From: Camelus ferus
Lineage: Eukaryota
Length of the DNA stretch: 64,000 nucleotides
Reading direction: 5' to 3'
NCBI RefSeq assembly: GCF_009834535.1
Contig: NC_045707.1
Location: 48,610,001 to 48,674,000, forward strand
Below the pieces are notes generated by a model, which was given only the letters and a program-made list of their open reading frames with translations, was not told the DNA's origin and did no database searches. Within the stretch, counting starts at the first letter, position 1, and every line of letters starts with the position of its first letter. A program made the position numbers and the translations under genes. Positions 60,555 to 64,000 of the stretch are shown piece by piece.

Positions 60555-62265
60555 GAAAAGATGTGTCAAGTAATGATTATCATGTAGACAATGAAGTCTA
60601 AACTAAATGAGGAGCATGGACATGGTGGGAACAGTGAGAAGTTCATAGGGCTTTTAGTTGTAGGGTTGCTAGAGATGGGACACCAGGGGAATTGAGGTCA
60701 AAGGGGGCTAATTGAAATCAAGAAGGAGTGGCATGTACTGATAATGACAAACTCTAAAGTGTGACTGTGGGAGACTATTGGCTGGGTAGAGTGAAGGACA
60801 AGGAGAAGGAAGAAATGGATATCAGGGAACAGAGGCCAGAAAATTGGAAGGATTATTTATGTGGCTGTTGAAATCATCACATATGATCACATAAGTAATC
60901 TTGGAAAGAATGACTGAGCCAGGAAACTCTTTTAAGAAATGAATGGAGTGACCCAGGGCTTGGTAGATGTAAACAACAAAAAATTGGTGTAGTATTCTGA
61001 TGACACGACATTTGACAGAGGATGTTTTTATGGAGCGAGGGAGGGAGAGCGGCCTGAGATGAGCAGCTTCTGAAAAAGAAGAGAAGACACCCAATTGGAA
61101 TGATTAGGCGAGAGAAGAGCCAGTCTAGGGTTGATGAAGGATGTGGGAGAAAAAACTGCCACCACTTGTGACGGCTGCCAAGTAAGCAGTGACCTCAAAG
61201 GGAAGATGTAGTTCAATTGAAGTAACAAAATGAAGGCAGAGGGTCTGAATTAAAGGTAGGAGATTCTGTTGATGACTGACAGTGAGTCAGTTACAAAATA
61301 CTCAATGATGTGTCAACTTCACAAAAGATATTTTGTGGTTTAGCCTCTAAGGTTTTATTTTTAAAACCACACACACTAATCACTTATCATATGTATTCAC
61401 AGATTTGGAAGGAGAGACACAGGTGATGCCAAATTTTCATAACTGGTCTGAATATAAAACACATATAGCCTTGGCTTGGTTCCAGTTACAGAAATCACTA
61501 TTGTAACTATCTTTTGAGTTTAATTTCATTTTTCAGAAGAGGGGCCATGAGCAAGCATAAAAGCAAAAATTTATCAAACTGCCTGAAGGGAAAGATGTGA
61601 AAAATGCTGGCGAAAAACAATGACCTGGACAGGACAAGAAATGATACTAAGAGGACTTTGAAGAGTTTCTACCCAATTTTCCTAAGTTCCAGGAAGTTTT
61701 CTTAAGAGAAATGGTGGTGCTTGAAAACCACATCATTCCTAGGATAGTAGAGACTTCTGGTCAGCGTATGTGACTTCAGGGAGAAATAAATAATTCATAT
61801 TGTAGACACACTTAATGATCTAAAGATGATTCTTTAATATAAAGTCATAAAGTAAGCAGGAAATGGGTATGTGTCTTGTTGTCCCAAACTCTTTCAGGAC
61901 TCAGTGGATAATAAATGGAAGTAACAACACAATTTTAGGGGTGGGGCTTGTTTTAGCTCTCCTCTCTGTCCAGACTTCTGTTAGCATGTGAAACAGGTAT
62001 TTACCTTAATTAATTATATATGATGTGTGCCAGTGTATTTGTATAACATTTCCTTATTAAAGGCAGTGAATGTTTTATGTTCAGCCTTTATATCTTCCAC
62101 ATTCTGCAAACAAGGTGGATATTCAAATATTGAATCAACTTGAAAAACATGAGCAGTTCTTATTTTTCAAATTTCACATTTTTCACTATATGAGTGAATA
62201 TCAAACCAAGAAAAGTTTCAGAGGGTAAAAAGAAATGTTAAGGAACATTAAATAAAAAATATTCA

Positions 62266-62468
62266 TACATAATATAATTGAAAGTTGTTAAGAGAGTAGA
62301 TATTAAATGTTATCACCACCAAAAAAATAAAATTATGTGAGGAAATGGAGGTATAAACCCTACTGTGGTAATCATTTCACAATATATACATGTATTATAT
62401 CACCATATTGTGCACCTTAAACATACATATGTTATATGTCAATAATATCTCAATAAAACTGGAAAAAT
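62266..62468 (+). mobile_element. L1 3' end (L1MA-type) with TSD
   Basis: gaaagttgttaagagagtagatattaaatgttatcaccac...ctcaataaaactgg. Flanks aataaaaaatattca and aataaaaatattca. Confidence 0.85.
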
Positions 62469-63729
62469 AATAAAAATATTCAAGGAGAGTTAAGTAAAAA
62501 TAACCAAGAATGAATCTAGACATATTTGTGGTTAGCATTTGTAACTCATCATTTCTTTTCCTTCTTGTTGTTGCTGGATAGTAGTTACGTGGAAAAATTT
62601 CAGCTCTGGGGAGTAGGCAGTTAACATTTTTGAATGAGTGTGAATGGACTGATGACTTTTCCATGAAGAAAATGTCAACCTTTAATGTAATGTATGTAGA
62701 AACTAGCTTTCTCATTATCTAGTGTCAACATCACTTTCAAACAAACAGCCTGTCAACCAAGAAATAGTTAAAACCAAGTTGCATTTTTACTAAGGTCTCT
62801 CTTGAAATTACCAAAAAGGAAGAGATGGAAAATATATTCTTAACGCTTAATAAAATCTTCTAATATATGTCCTTTTATCATATCTCTTATTTTAAAATAT
62901 CTCCCACAAAGAAGTAGCTCTCCCAAATGTCTCTTCTTTCTGATCTGCCCCCAACTTTCGTTGACTTTTGCTTATGTTAATCTTGAATTTTTCCTCCATT
63001 GCCTTTATTCTACCCTCTGATCTGCTACAACCTTCATTTACATAAAAGTGGCCAGAAGTCTCTTGGCAATACTGAATTCTTTAGCTGAAATGGGAAGGAA
63101 ACTGGGCTGTGAAAACTCAAACTTTAATATCTTACTCTTGGCTAAACAAATTGTAGTGGGGCTTGAGTAGAAGTCAGTGAGAAAAAGAAATTTTGTATTT
63201 GATCTTCAGGATTTTAAACTAAAGAACTAGGAAGAGGTATTTACATTAAATCAGAGGATTTTTGCTTAATCCTTGTTTTAGTTTAAATTGGAATAGGAAT
63301 GAAAATTCATGGCTTTTGTTCCATATATGGATTCATTCCTCATCCAGACATTCTCTTCCCCCTGCTCTCTGAGACCCCAGAATCTTAGGGATTTTCTCAC
63401 TGCCATCCCCGTGCAAGCGAGGAGCATTCAAGAAGCTGCTTCTAACACAGAGCTGTGTAGAAGGTTGAGGGAAAAAGGAACTACTGTTTTCCAGAAGGTC
63501 CTTAAAGTGAAACAGACCACAGATTCTCTAATTAGCAAGAGCAGACCCAAGGCAAGCAGGCAGCCTTCTGTTTACCTCAAGACTAGGAAGGAGACTGGCT
63601 GGCTTTCCCTTAAAGATAACAAATGCTATTTATCACTGTGTGAAAGAATCTTGCCAGATTAAGTATATTTGGAAAAAAGAAAAAAGAAAAGTTCACAGTG
63701 GCATTTTTTAAACTCTTAAAGAAAATGAA

Positions 63730-63890
63730 TTTGGTATAAGAAGAGGCTTTGTATGTCAAGCTAACCCTGTACTAACCTATCCTTCCTTCAGTATAAAATT
63801 AAAATAACAGTACTTGGCCTATACTCAGCCTCTCAAATTTGTTGTGAAGATCACACAAGATGATTCTTGTGATGGCATTAGAAGAAATAA
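63730..63890 (+). mobile_element. MIR
   Basis: aagaagaggctttgtatgtcaag...cctctcaaatttgttgtgaagatcacacaagatga. Confidence 0.5.
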
Positions 63891-64000
63891 GCGATAGATT
63901 TCCATTTACATTATACAAATGTATTGTTCTGGACCTCCTGATTATTATAATTTTTATTATTAGGCCAGTTTAGAAATAGTGCTTTCTTGAAATAAAATTA

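Larger units (their letters stand above)
58020..61290 (-). mobile_element. Long L2 remnant from the 3' end to the endonuclease region, with nested insertions
   Basis: 3' end aattcattcacca; ttggacatactaagtttaagatgcctagtagacattcagatgg. ORF 60822-61094 has VIICDDFNSHINNPSN, a decayed APE GDFN motif. Confidence 0.85.

Noticed and set aside
1..64000. Novel multi-gene system, CRISPR array, operon or defence island
   Set aside because: The sequence is mammalian non-coding DNA. There is no repeat-spacer array and no gene-dense region, and every ORF is under 125 aa.

Overview
AT-rich, CpG-poor mammalian non-coding DNA (deep intron or gene desert). Much of it is old interspersed repeats: MIR, L2, L1M, MaLR/ERVL/ERV1 solo LTRs and hAT/Tigger DNA elements. 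Two younger L1 3' ends point to a cetartiodactyl, most likely a camelid. I recognise no protein-coding gene, RNA gene or CpG island. The ORF track is chance ORFs plus degenerate L1 ORF2 and L2 endonuclease remnants. I found no novel biological system. The clearest unexplained structures are (1) a ~156 bp locally templated insertion flanked by a perfect 12 bp direct repeat, (2) a divergent pair of strong CTCF motifs at ~9.0 and ~16.8 kb bracketing PU.1/AP-1 motif-rich DNA, (3) an apparent internal inversion of an L2 element, and (4) several well-formed but unassigned splice-site pairs. Repeat names come from recalled consensus sequences, not a search. Boundaries are approximate unless termini or TSDs are quoted.
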